This document shows, piece by piece, positions 7,147 through 15,307 of a stretch of 33,868 bases of DNA. Source of the DNA: a virus; IMG/VR virus record IMGVR_UViG_2509601008_000001, one strand, 5' to 3'. The notes below the pieces were generated by a model. The model saw only the letters and a program-made list of their open reading frames with translations, had not been told where the DNA came from and made no database searches. The translations under genes were made by a program, and so were the position numbers. The first letter of the stretch is position 1, and every line of letters begins with the position of its first letter.

Positions 7147-7343
7147 GATACTATCCTCGGCTGTCTCCATGGGCACGGGATATAAAACATCTTATGGGTA
7201 CTGGCTGGTTTTTGTATCGAGATCTACCATCCGAACTACAAGACAAATCTAACCTGCTCAGGGCACACGACAAAGGGCTCTTAGAACGCAGCACGGGGTA
7301 TATTGGGCACGGGAACACTAGAAGGATGTGGCGGGTCAAATGA
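7143..7343 (+). CDS. Small basic hypothetical protein (possible wHTH)
   Basis: GGAGGGG RBS before ATG 7143. ATGA-coupled. Confidence 0.55.
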   Translation: MRYYPRLSPWARDIKHLMGTGWFLYRDLPSELQDKSNLLRAHDKGLLERSTGYIGHGNTRRMWRVK

Positions 7344-7789
7344 CAAAATCCCACACTGCAAAACCTATCGTTTTTAAGTGGACACCTGCTCGCATAAAAG
7401 GGGCAAAACTAGCAGCGAGCACCACAATGACGCAAGAAGAGATCGCAAAAGAGTGCAGTGTTCACAGAATGACCGTTAATGAGTGGTTTCAGGCTCAAGA
7501 GTTCAAAGAAAAAGTTGCAGAGTTAATAATGCAGGATGAGCGGTTTACTAGGCCGGGGCTGCTAAAAATAACCGGGGCGATACTGGATAAAAAAATAGAA
7601 AGAGCAGCGGAGGATCGGTCTACAGCAGCAGACTATATCAAAATAGTAGCCGACATTGCCGGGATAAACAAAGCAGGTAATGAGATCAATATATACAATG
7701 CAGTAGGCGTAGTCAATACCCAGGAGGTGAAGGATGCAGTATCTAGGCTCTGCGAAAAGCTCAGGGAAGCAGACGACTCAACCGACTGA
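7340..7789 (+). CDS. terS: Terminase small subunit (HTH)
   Basis: MTQEEIAKEC.VHRMTVNEW....EF HTH directly upstream of TerL. Start may be 7328 or 7340. Confidence 0.8.
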   Translation: MTKSHTAKPIVFKWTPARIKGAKLAASTTMTQEEIAKECSVHRMTVNEWFQAQEFKEKVAELIMQDERFTRPGLLKITGAILDKKIERAAEDRSTAADYIKIVADIAGINKAGNEINIYNAVGVVNTQEVKDAVSRLCEKLREADDSTD

Positions 7790-10262
7790 GGACGAGCTGC
7801 AAGTGTGGGCTAGCGCTCCTGCAGCCTTTGCCCGGTACTGTAGCGGGGGGCGGTGGTATCCGGCTAAGCATCTAGTAGAGCTATCGCACCGGCTTATGGA
7901 TGTAGCTACCGGGGATATTACGCATCTCATGATATTCATGCCTCCAAGGCACGGCAAAAGTGAACTGACATCTAAGTACTTCCCTGCCTGGTACCTGGGG
8001 AAATACCCAGACAATAGGGTCATCCTCACAGGTTACGAGGCAGACTTTGCCGCTCAATGGGGGTACAAGGCTAGAAATATTATGCATGAGCACGGCCCTG
8101 CTCTATTCAATCTGACAGTAGCAGGCAACTCATCGGCTAGGGATAGATGGGATATAGCCGGTCATCTGGGCGGCATGAGTACAGCAGGAGTAGGGGGTGC
8201 CATCACTGGTAAGGGAGCGCATTGCTTATCGGGTGAAACACGGATACATACTAATTTCGGTATGCTGCGAATCGACGAGGTGGTGCAAAAAGCTAAATAC
8301 GATGAACGGTATAATAACAGGTTAAGGGTGCTAGCATATGACCACCGTAACCAAAGAGCAGTATGGAAAAGAGTTAAAGCTACACGGATTGTCCGAGATA
8401 GGCGACTGTTGGAAATCACCACAGCTAGTGGGGATAAAATCAGAGCTACCGATGAACATCGTTTTTTTGTGCACGAACGCGGATACACAGAAGCGAACCG
8501 TCTGTGTCAAGGAGACCGGTTTATATCGGTCAAAGAGCAGATCAAACAAAACGTGCGCCCAATGTGGAGAAGCGAAGGGTGGCCGGGGTGCACTGTGCAT
8601 GCCGTGTTACCAGAAGCTCAGGACAGTTCACGTAGTTCTGAAATGTTCGCTGTGTGGGGAGATATACGAAATCCCATTATACGATTACCGGAAAGCACTG
8701 GCAAGAAAACAGAAGGATTACTATTGTTCAGTGGCGTGTTCTCGGAAGCACCATGCCATAAAGAATGCAAAACGTTGTGTCGTGTGTGCAGCACCGATGC
8801 CAGGGAAACCGAGAAACATGTACTGTTCCACGGTATGTCGGGAAGCAGCGAGGCCACCGAAAAGGAAAGCGATATGTCCGGTTTGTGGGGATGCATTTTA
8901 CCCAATATCTCACCGGACCGCGCATTGTTCAAGACGTTGCGCCAATACCGCGCACTCAAAGAGAATGACGGGAGCTGGAAATTCTCACTACAAGACCGGG
9001 ACAAGTTATGCGAAGTGGTTCGACGAGATGAGGCCACTCGTGTTGGAGAGAGACGGACACCGGTGTGCCATATGTGGCAGCAATTACAATCTTCATATCC
9101 ACCATATAAACGAAAATGTTGTGGACAACACCCCGACAAACTTAATATCAATGTGCCCCACTTGCCACATCATCCACCACAAATCGAATGCGACACCGTA
9201 TCCTCAGTTACAAAAGTTAGCGGAAACGCGCACACGGTCTATGACATCCAAGTGGAAGACTGCAACAATTTCTTTGCTGAGAACATACTCGTCCATAACT
9301 GCCTGATAATTGATGACCCTATCAAGAACGCAGAAGAAGCCAACAGCAAGACCTATAGAGACAAATCATATGATTGGTACAGATCCACAGCATACACACG
9401 TATAGAGCCGGGTGGGTCTGTGGTCATTATCCAAACACGATGGCACGAGGACGACCTCTCAGGCAGACTCCTTAAGGAAGAGCCGGAAAAATGGACAGTA
9501 ATAAATCTCCCTGCACTGGCAGAGGAAGGAGGGGATCAGCTAGGCAGGCAACCAGGAGAGGCGCTATTCCCAAAACGGTATGATGTACATGCACTCCAGC
9601 AGATCAAAAGGACAGTCGGCACATATTGGTGGAATGCACTCTATCAACAGCGTCCGGCTGCCTCAGAGGGTGCTATATTCAAGCGGCAATATTTCCAGTA
9701 TTGCTATATCGAGGACGGGCTCTATGTGCTCAGAGACAAGCGGGTCAAGTACTACGACTGTACTATATATCAGACATGCGATCCTGCAGTCTCAACAAAG
9801 GCAAGCGCTGACTATTTTGTTCTAGCTACATGGGCTGTAACCCCAGACCAGGATCTTATTCTCCTGGACATCCTCAGAACCAGGCTAGAAGGGCCTGACC
9901 AAATCAATCTATTCAAACAGCAGTATGCTAGATGGAAACCAGCATACCAGGGCATAGAGGCGGTAGGTGTAGGCAAAACACTCTACCAAATGCTTGTGAG
10001 GGAGGGACTGCCTATCAGAGAGCTCAAAGCAGAGTCCGATAAAGTGACCAGGGCTCTTCCCGCAGCCGCTCGCATGGAGTCCGGCAGTGTCTATTTTATG
10101 CAGGATTTGCCAGGGCTAGACGAGTTTGAAGAAGAGCTCTTGTCATTCCCAAAAGGGAAACATGACGATCAGGTAGACTGTCTCTCTTATGCTGTGCAGC
10201 TAGCTCTGCAACAGTACCAGGACTTTGACCTTAGCATGCTCATCAAAACTTTTCCGAGGTAA
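7734..10262 (+). CDS. terL: Terminase large subunit containing an intein
   Basis: GGAGGTGA RBS. Walker A region MPPRHGKSE; Walker B GAH|CLIIDDP restored after splicing; IQTRWHEDDL; nuclease motif HDDQVD. About 483 aa after splicing. Confidence 0.97.
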   Translation: MQYLGSAKSSGKQTTQPTEDELQVWASAPAAFARYCSGGRWYPAKHLVELSHRLMDVATGDITHLMIFMPPRHGKSELTSKYFPAWYLGKYPDNRVILTGYEADFAAQWGYKARNIMHEHGPALFNLTVAGNSSARDRWDIAGHLGGMSTAGVGGAITGKGAHCLSGETRIHTNFGMLRIDEVVQKAKYDERYNNRLRVLAYDHRNQRAVWKRVKATRIVRDRRLLEITTASGDKIRATDEHRFFVHERGYTEANRLCQGDRFISVKEQIKQNVRPMWRSEGWPGCTVHAVLPEAQDSSRSSEMFAVWGDIRNPIIRLPESTGKKTEGLLLFSGVFSEAPCHKECKTLCRVCSTDARETEKHVLFHGMSGSSEATEKESDMSGLWGCILPNISPDRALFKTLRQYRALKENDGSWKFSLQDRDKLCEVVRRDEATRVGERRTPVCHMWQQLQSSYPPYKRKCCGQHPDKLNINVPHLPHHPPQIECDTVSSVTKVSGNAHTVYDIQVEDCNNFFAENILVHNCLIIDDPIKNAEEANSKTYRDKSYDWYRSTAYTRIEPGGSVVIIQTRWHEDDLSGRLLKEEPEKWTVINLPALAEEGGDQLGRQPGEALFPKRYDVHALQQIKRTVGTYWWNALYQQRPAASEGAIFKRQYFQYCYIEDGLYVLRDKRVKYYDCTIYQTCDPAVSTKASADYFVLATWAVTPDQDLILLDILRTRLEGPDQINLFKQQYARWKPAYQGIEAVGVGKTLYQMLVREGLPIRELKAESDKVTRALPAAARMESGSVYFMQDLPGLDEFEEELLSFPKGKHDDQVDCLSYAVQLALQQYQDFDLSMLIKTFPR
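8223..9299 (+). mobile_element. Intein, 359 aa (TerL residues 164-522), inserted just before Walker B
   Basis: Starts CLSGET (block A); TDEHRF (block B TxxH); VYDIQVEDCNNFFAENILVHN (blocks F/G); +1 residue is Cys. Confidence 0.96.
8338..9306 (+). CDS. HNH endonuclease with four Cys4 Zn fingers, nested in the +1 frame of the intein
   Basis: Four CxxC...CxxxC/CxxC fingers; GxGNxxYKxG motif; RDGHRCAICG...LHIHHINEN..DN.PTNLISMCPTCH. True start uncertain (8338 or 8452). Confidence 0.9.
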   Translation: MTTVTKEQYGKELKLHGLSEIGDCWKSPQLVGIKSELPMNIVFLCTNADTQKRTVCVKETGLYRSKSRSNKTCAQCGEAKGGRGALCMPCYQKLRTVHVVLKCSLCGEIYEIPLYDYRKALARKQKDYYCSVACSRKHHAIKNAKRCVVCAAPMPGKPRNMYCSTVCREAARPPKRKAICPVCGDAFYPISHRTAHCSRRCANTAHSKRMTGAGNSHYKTGTSYAKWFDEMRPLVLERDGHRCAICGSNYNLHIHHINENVVDNTPTNLISMCPTCHIIHHKSNATPYPQLQKLAETRTRSMTSKWKTATISLLRTYSSITA

Positions 10263-10264
10263 CT

Positions 10265-10498
10265 ATGGCGAATTACAGCACCAACACAGCCCCTAAACCA
10301 AAACTACATGCTACTATAGAGGTCACTAATATGAAGTACTTGCAGGCTCTCAAAAAGAAACACGATGTGTCTCTATCGCAAGCGGCAGATATGGCTATCA
10401 AAATAGCTAGAGAGATCCAATCTGATGAGCAGGCAGCAGAGAGGATAGCTGAAAAAGTTTGTCAGAAAATGCTTAAAAAACTAGAAGAAATGCAATAA
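10265..10498 (+). CDS. Putative RHH regulator
   Basis: GAGGT RBS. HATIE..NMKYLQALKKKHDVSLSQAADMAIK pattern. Confidence 0.55.
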   Translation: MANYSTNTAPKPKLHATIEVTNMKYLQALKKKHDVSLSQAADMAIKIAREIQSDEQAAERIAEKVCQKMLKKLEEMQ

Positions 10499-10517
10499 TT
10501 AAACTAAAAACGTACTA

Positions 10518-10546
10518 TTTTGATTCTTTTTCTATGTTTTTTTCTT
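10518..10546 (+). terminator. Oligo-T archaeal-type terminator
   Basis: ttttgattctttttctatgtttttttctt directly after the packaging operon. Confidence 0.55.
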
Positions 10547-10557
10547 GTCCAACAAAA

Positions 10558-10586
10558 GTGTACACTAAATTATATATAGTATATAC
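10558..10586 (+). promoter_or_regulatory. Late promoter element, copy 1 of an exact 29-bp repeat
   Basis: GTGTACACTAAATTATATATAGTATATAC: TATA box flanked by two 8-bp palindromes, upstream of the portal operon. Confidence 0.8.
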
Positions 10587-10614
10587 AATGAAACATATAC
10601 GTTGAGGTATACAT

Positions 10615-10806
10615 TTGATTGAAATCACTGAGGCTCAAACTTTTCTTATCGGGCTGGGGGCTGGCCTCCTGGCGTCTGTTAAAATATGGTGGGGGCGCAA
10701 AACAATGGTGCAGAAAAAAGCGGCATTCAATGACGTATTAGACGCTTGTTCAGACAAACGGATCTCTATAGAAGAGGTCAAATATCTAGTAGAAGAACAT
10801 TTCTGA
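10615..10806 (+). CDS. Small membrane protein (N-terminal TM)
   Basis: GAGGT RBS and TTG start. Hydrophobic FLIGLGAGLLASVKIWW. Confidence 0.6.
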   Translation: MIEITEAQTFLIGLGAGLLASVKIWWGRKTMVQKKAAFNDVLDACSDKRISIEEVKYLVEEHF

Positions 10807-10813
10807 GGCTGCT

Positions 10814-12061
10814 ATGGAGATCAATGCAGCAGCAGTCACAACAGAGCAGCTACAGCAGGACTATGAGCTTATGGCAGCTGCATTCTCCACACGGCAGGAC
10901 TATGTAACAGCTACCCGTTACTCATCTTTCGATACAGAAAACAGATTCACTTACTACTCACAGTTAGCAGCGTCTACCCCTCACGCTTCTACTTCTTTGA
11001 TGAAGCTGGCTCTATCGCTAGTTAAGGGGCTCCGGTTCAGCAGCCCTACCAAATCACTGACAAAAGAGTTTACGGCCTGGAGTGATCACGTCAATTTCTT
11101 TGAGCAGGCGTATACTCTAGCTAGTTTGCTGCCAATGAACGGCACATATGCAGGCATCACTACAGGCACAGCAGCAGAGCTCAGGCTACAACATCTACTC
11201 ATGCCGACTGTGACCCTAGTGCCTCCAGGTCAGAAACTAGGTGAAGGAGATAATGGTACGGTACTAACTGGCCCAATTGATAGAGTAATAATCAATGAAA
11301 CCGATGACGAAAACAGAGTAGTATTAAAAGCTTCTCAAGTAGTGTATGGCTCCTTCAATGCGCATCTCAAGAAGCAGCCGGACATCCTGAATAGGAACAC
11401 ATTCGGCATCTACGGCACTTCTCTTTTCGAATCGATTGAGCTCTCAATCAGGAACCTGCTAACGATAGACAGCGGCTATGTATCCTTCGTGAGGAAATAC
11501 GGGCAAGGTAGGTATGTATATGACTTCAAAATGTTGTATGATGCCGTAATCCAAAAAGGCATGAGTCCTCAGAAAGCGCAGGAATTTGTGGATGCTTTCA
11601 TGGAGAAGCACAAATACCTGCAGGCAAACGAGGACATAGCCGGGGTGGGCATTGATGTCAAAGAACTCGATGCTAGCGGCTCTCTGGATGTAATGGCATT
11701 CAAGAAATCGCTAGAGACTAACATCCAGATAGGATTATTCCAATCACCGCTTACTATGGGAGACAGCAAGGGCTCCACGTATGCGGCGGGCTACGTAGCT
11801 GAAGAGGATAGGATGCTAGTACTCGAAGGGCTGCAGCGCATAGTGAGAGACATACTACAGCAGGTCGTGGACAAGCGCCTCCTGCTAATGGGCAAACAGC
11901 CCGGTACGGTCTCAATAGAGTTAGAGCAGCTATCAATCCCAGCCCTCACACTTGGGGATCTGCTTGAGCTATACAATACTTCAGCCATCAACAAAACAAC
12001 TTTTGACCGGGTACTCTCTGAGAGATTCGGCATATCTGTTCTAGAGGAGGCAAGCAAATGA
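10814..12061 (+). CDS. Portal protein
   Basis: 415 aa, located between TerL and MuF. YG.S..ESI motif; helical architecture. Confidence 0.8.
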   Translation: MEINAAAVTTEQLQQDYELMAAAFSTRQDYVTATRYSSFDTENRFTYYSQLAASTPHASTSLMKLALSLVKGLRFSSPTKSLTKEFTAWSDHVNFFEQAYTLASLLPMNGTYAGITTGTAAELRLQHLLMPTVTLVPPGQKLGEGDNGTVLTGPIDRVIINETDDENRVVLKASQVVYGSFNAHLKKQPDILNRNTFGIYGTSLFESIELSIRNLLTIDSGYVSFVRKYGQGRYVYDFKMLYDAVIQKGMSPQKAQEFVDAFMEKHKYLQANEDIAGVGIDVKELDASGSLDVMAFKKSLETNIQIGLFQSPLTMGDSKGSTYAAGYVAEEDRMLVLEGLQRIVRDILQQVVDKRLLLMGKQPGTVSIELEQLSIPALTLGDLLELYNTSAINKTTFDRVLSERFGISVLEEASK

Positions 12062-12150
12062 GGCTACCGCTCTATATTATTGCAATATCTTTCTTTCCGC
12101 TTATGTTAATTTGGAATTTTCTTGAGTTATATTATGCCAGGGGGCACTGA
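12058..12150 (+). CDS. 30-aa hydrophobic microprotein (single TM)
   Basis: Hand translation MRLPLYIIAISFFPLMLIWNFLELYYARGH. ATGA-coupled to the portal and abuts the next ATG. Confidence 0.5.
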   Translation: MRLPLYIIAISFFPLMLIWNFLELYYARGH

Positions 12151-12444
12151 ATGTACGTAATACCGGATACAGACTACACGATTAATGCTTCTGCTAAAAC
12201 AATAACGCTAGCGGCAGCATACGCTACTCTAAGCGCAGGACAGATTACAAAAATTAAGGATATCACTACAGAAGAGATCCTCTATGATTCGGAAAGGGTC
12301 TCGTTTACGGGGCCACAGATCTCGGTTGCTACGGGAGTAATCACCTACACGCAAGGAAACAAAGTGGCCAATACCGATAAGCTGCGCATAGTAGTTGATG
12401 CTAATTACTCAGATATATATCACCTCGATGGAGGGAGCGCATAA
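12151..12444 (+). CDS. Virion beta-rich accessory protein ending in DGGSA
   Basis: YTINASAKTITL...I.DIT..EILY resembles the N-terminal module of phage fibre proteins. Confidence 0.65.
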   Translation: MYVIPDTDYTINASAKTITLAAAYATLSAGQITKIKDITTEEILYDSERVSFTGPQISVATGVITYTQGNKVANTDKLRIVVDANYSDIYHLDGGSA

Positions 12445-13802
12445 TGCCACGTAATCAATTAATACAGATCAGACGGGACACGACAGCAAACTGGACGAAC
12501 ACTAATCCAATCCCTGCAGAGGGGGAGCTCTGCCTGGACACAAATACCGGATACCTGAAAGTAGGGGACGGGTCATCTAATTATGTAGATCTACCTATCT
12601 TCACCCATGGCGCATCTATCACTGAGGCAATAGGCATAGAGTGGGATACCAGCAGCACAAGCCCAACGCTCAAGAGGATCGACATCAATGGTAACGAGCG
12701 CTCTACTGTAGACGCTACATATTTCGATAATCACTCTATCTGGGGAAATATAAAAAGATGCACTATAAACCCAGCTATCGGACTCCCTGTCTACGGCACT
12801 AATGCAAGAGGTGACGGGCTAGATCTAACAGGCGCATCAGGAAACGTGATGGTTAAGATCCCCAAATTCTATGTGAAGTTCAGCACGGACGGAACTTATC
12901 ATAGATGGTGGATTAGTCCTGTTGCCCTCGCTGGTTTCGAGTTACATCCAGCTTTTCTTCAGAGGGGCGGTACAGAAGCAGAGCTTTTTGTTTCGGCATA
13001 TGAAGCGGCAGGGTTCCTGGATGGGGCGACATTCAAACTCACGTCCGCTACAGGACTGCAACCAGTGACGGGTGATGTCTCCTACCCCAATTTGCCGAAC
13101 TCGGGCCGTCTGTACATTATGGACGCCGGCACCTATGCAAATAACATAGGAACTGGCTACGGCATCATGAATATATGGACATGGTCTGCAATCCGGCTAT
13201 TGGTGCTCACTGAACTGGGTACGCTCAACTCACAGGCCGCGTTAGGCAGGGGAATCGTAGATCTTGCATTGGGTACGGGATACGCGGGTCTGCTCACGGG
13301 TGCATTGTCAGCCGATACCAATGTTGCGACAAACGGTTCTGGAATGGGAACGGGAACAAACGGAGCAACTCCCGTTGTATGGCGCGGCATAGAGAATATT
13401 TGGGGCAATACTCTAAGTTTCGTGATCGGAGTAACCTTTTTTGATACCGTTCACTGGGTGCTGAAACCAGACGGGACAGGAGTAGTGGCTGCACCGCTTA
13501 CCACTGGGAACTACGTAGAATCAGCATCAGTGCCGCCCAATACCACGAGTGGATATATCTCAAGAGTGTTCGTGGACAGCGCGCTGAAATATATGATGCT
13601 GGGGTCTGCTGTCGCGGGATCCTCAAGCACCTATGCATGTGATCTGTACACCGTACGCGAAACATCCGCAACAGGTACACACGGACAATGCAGCGGTGCG
13701 TGGGGTGCAGGAGATGGAGCCGGAATAAATTATCAACGTAGCGCGATATACGGCCATTTATCCAGACAAGTAGGGGCAAGGATCGAATTTTTGAAGAGGT
13801 GA
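12444..13802 (+). CDS. Adhesin/fibre: Mtd_N-like N-terminus plus C-type-lectin/FGE-like C-terminal domain
   Basis: IQIRRDTTANWT..NPIPAEGELCLDT.TG.LKVGDG (Mtd_N-like); VMVKIPKFY, HPAF, WRGIENIWGN, and terminal GAW..G..AG...GARI. Confidence 0.8.
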   Translation: MPRNQLIQIRRDTTANWTNTNPIPAEGELCLDTNTGYLKVGDGSSNYVDLPIFTHGASITEAIGIEWDTSSTSPTLKRIDINGNERSTVDATYFDNHSIWGNIKRCTINPAIGLPVYGTNARGDGLDLTGASGNVMVKIPKFYVKFSTDGTYHRWWISPVALAGFELHPAFLQRGGTEAELFVSAYEAAGFLDGATFKLTSATGLQPVTGDVSYPNLPNSGRLYIMDAGTYANNIGTGYGIMNIWTWSAIRLLVLTELGTLNSQAALGRGIVDLALGTGYAGLLTGALSADTNVATNGSGMGTGTNGATPVVWRGIENIWGNTLSFVIGVTFFDTVHWVLKPDGTGVVAAPLTTGNYVESASVPPNTTSGYISRVFVDSALKYMMLGSAVAGSSSTYACDLYTVRETSATGTHGQCSGAWGAGDGAGINYQRSAIYGHLSRQVGARIEFLKR

Positions 13803-13806
13803 TAGA

Positions 13807-14175
13807 ATGGTCGAATCAACAATACAACCAGCTGAAATTTATATAGACCGAATCGAGCACGGTAGAGCTAGACTTCTGTGTAGGTGGAATATCACTACAT
13901 CTACCAGGGACGAACAGACTATCTATTCCTATGAGGAGGTGGTGCTCTGGTGGACGTTCCCGTATATAGACACGGACGGGGTAACAGTCCTGGACAACTA
14001 CGCAGCAATAGAGAAGTTCATGCTCGCGAACAAAGCAGATATCCTCAACTACGCAAGAGGCACACAGACAACCCTCATAGGAAAGGACAAGGGCAAGGGC
14101 AAGCCGCCAGCTGCTGAAAAGGACAAGGGCAAAGGCAAAGAAGAAAAGGAATTCACAATCCGGGGGAACAAATAA
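13807..14175 (+). CDS. Small fibre-associated protein (possible chaperone) with Lys/Gly tail
   Basis: GAGGTGA RBS. Duplicated KDKGKGK. Function inferred from position only. Confidence 0.55.
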   Translation: MVESTIQPAEIYIDRIEHGRARLLCRWNITTSTRDEQTIYSYEEVVLWWTFPYIDTDGVTVLDNYAAIEKFMLANKADILNYARGTQTTLIGKDKGKGKPPAAEKDKGKGKEEKEFTIRGNK

Positions 14176-14190
14176 TCCCCTTCTCTTACT

Positions 14191-15048
14191 ATGAACCTCC
14201 TGCAAACCCGGCCAATTCTCACAATAGAGAGAAACCTGACAGATCTGATAGACCGCACGTTCCGAAAAGCGGCAAGGGTCGCAACGCTTGATTACAAAAA
14301 TGAGCTACCTAATCGGGTTAGGCAGGGGTTCAGGTCACGTACATTTGCATTGCAGCTAGATAAGCTGATTACAGAGCTTATCCTGCAATCTTTTTCTTAT
14401 GCGGACAAGCAGGCTAAGCAGCTGACAGCAGCAGCGCCAGAGCTCAATCCTTCTTACGTGCTCACAGAAGAGGCAGTAAGACTATCTGGGGAACTATCAA
14501 AAGAATGTGCCGAAAGTGTGGTTAGGATGCTCGTAGAGGATGCTATATATTATGAGTCGCCAAGAGCATTAGCTAACCGAATTACAGACCTTTGGGGCGG
14601 TGAAAAGTATAGGGCTGAACGCTTTGCTCGTACGTTCACAGCAGACGTAGCTACAGCCTCTACAGTAAGCCGCTACAGGCAGCTAGGCATTAGATATATG
14701 GAGTTCAACGCAGAGGTAGACGACAAGACTACTGCTCAATGTCGCTGCTTAGACGGCACTATATTCGACCTTGAGAAAGGATCAGTCGATGCATACAGAC
14801 CTCCTTTACATATGCACTGCCGGAGCGGTCTAATTCCAATCACTGAGGATGAGTACGATAAGAGCAGGGAGTTTGAGAACAGGGATTTCAGTACTACTCT
14901 TGATGATCCTAAAGAGGTAGACAGAGCATTCAAGCAGATCGGTAAGTTCAACGATAACTATAGGGTCTCTAAGCTGATTATTGATAAGGATCTAGCAGCT
15001 AGGTACATGTTTGAAAAAGGGTTCTCAGTGAGTATAGAGACCCCTTAA
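14191..15048 (+). CDS. MuF / SPP1 gp7-like minor head protein
   Basis: RAERFART...D.KT...C..LDG.IF......PPLH.HCRS. Confidence 0.92.
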   Translation: MNLLQTRPILTIERNLTDLIDRTFRKAARVATLDYKNELPNRVRQGFRSRTFALQLDKLITELILQSFSYADKQAKQLTAAAPELNPSYVLTEEAVRLSGELSKECAESVVRMLVEDAIYYESPRALANRITDLWGGEKYRAERFARTFTADVATASTVSRYRQLGIRYMEFNAEVDDKTTAQCRCLDGTIFDLEKGSVDAYRPPLHMHCRSGLIPITEDEYDKSREFENRDFSTTLDDPKEVDRAFKQIGKFNDNYRVSKLIIDKDLAARYMFEKGFSVSIETP

Positions 15049-15263
15049 TTCTTGTTTTTCTCTGCGTCTATGCATGTTTGCATAATTCTTATCATATCTC
15101 CGTACCTGATATAATAATACTTGCCTTCGTGTCTCTTGTATCCGTTTTTATCAAGTTCCTCAATAACGGATATAGGCAGTGATGCTATATGATGTCTATC
15201 AATTATTCCTTTTTTTCTAGCTACTTCATCTGACGGTAGTTCCGGTATATCTGTATTAGTCAT
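15045..15263 (-). CDS. Small antisense-oriented hypothetical protein (moron-like)
   Basis: 72-aa AT-rich ORF filling the MuF-protease gap. ATG lies about 28 nt from the TATA element read on the minus strand. Confidence 0.6.
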   Translation of the reverse strand: MTNTDIPELPSDEVARKKGIIDRHHIASLPISVIEELDKNGYKRHEGKYYYIRYGDMIRIMQTCIDAEKNKN

Positions 15264-15278
15264 TGTCTATATTATAAT

Positions 15279-15307
15279 GTGTACACTAAATTATATATAG
15301 TATATAC
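15279..15307. promoter_or_regulatory. Late promoter element, copy 2 of the 29-bp repeat, probably bidirectional
   Basis: Identical to 10558-10586. Divergent ATGs at 15327 (+) and 15263 (-). Confidence 0.8.

Noticed and set aside
8618-9151. Third open frame (minus strand, 177 aa) inside the intein/HNH overlap
   Set aside because: No motif or RBS; likely a by-product of the constraint on the two plus frames.
8223-9299. terL as a frameshifted pseudogene, or an ordinary in-frame HNH intein
   Set aside because: The TerL frame is continuous for 842 codons with all motifs intact, and the HNH motifs occur only in the +1 frame.
12444-13802. Complete diversity-generating retroelement
   Set aside because: No reverse transcriptase, Avd-like gene or near-duplicate template repeat seen in the window. 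Only a target-like protein is present.
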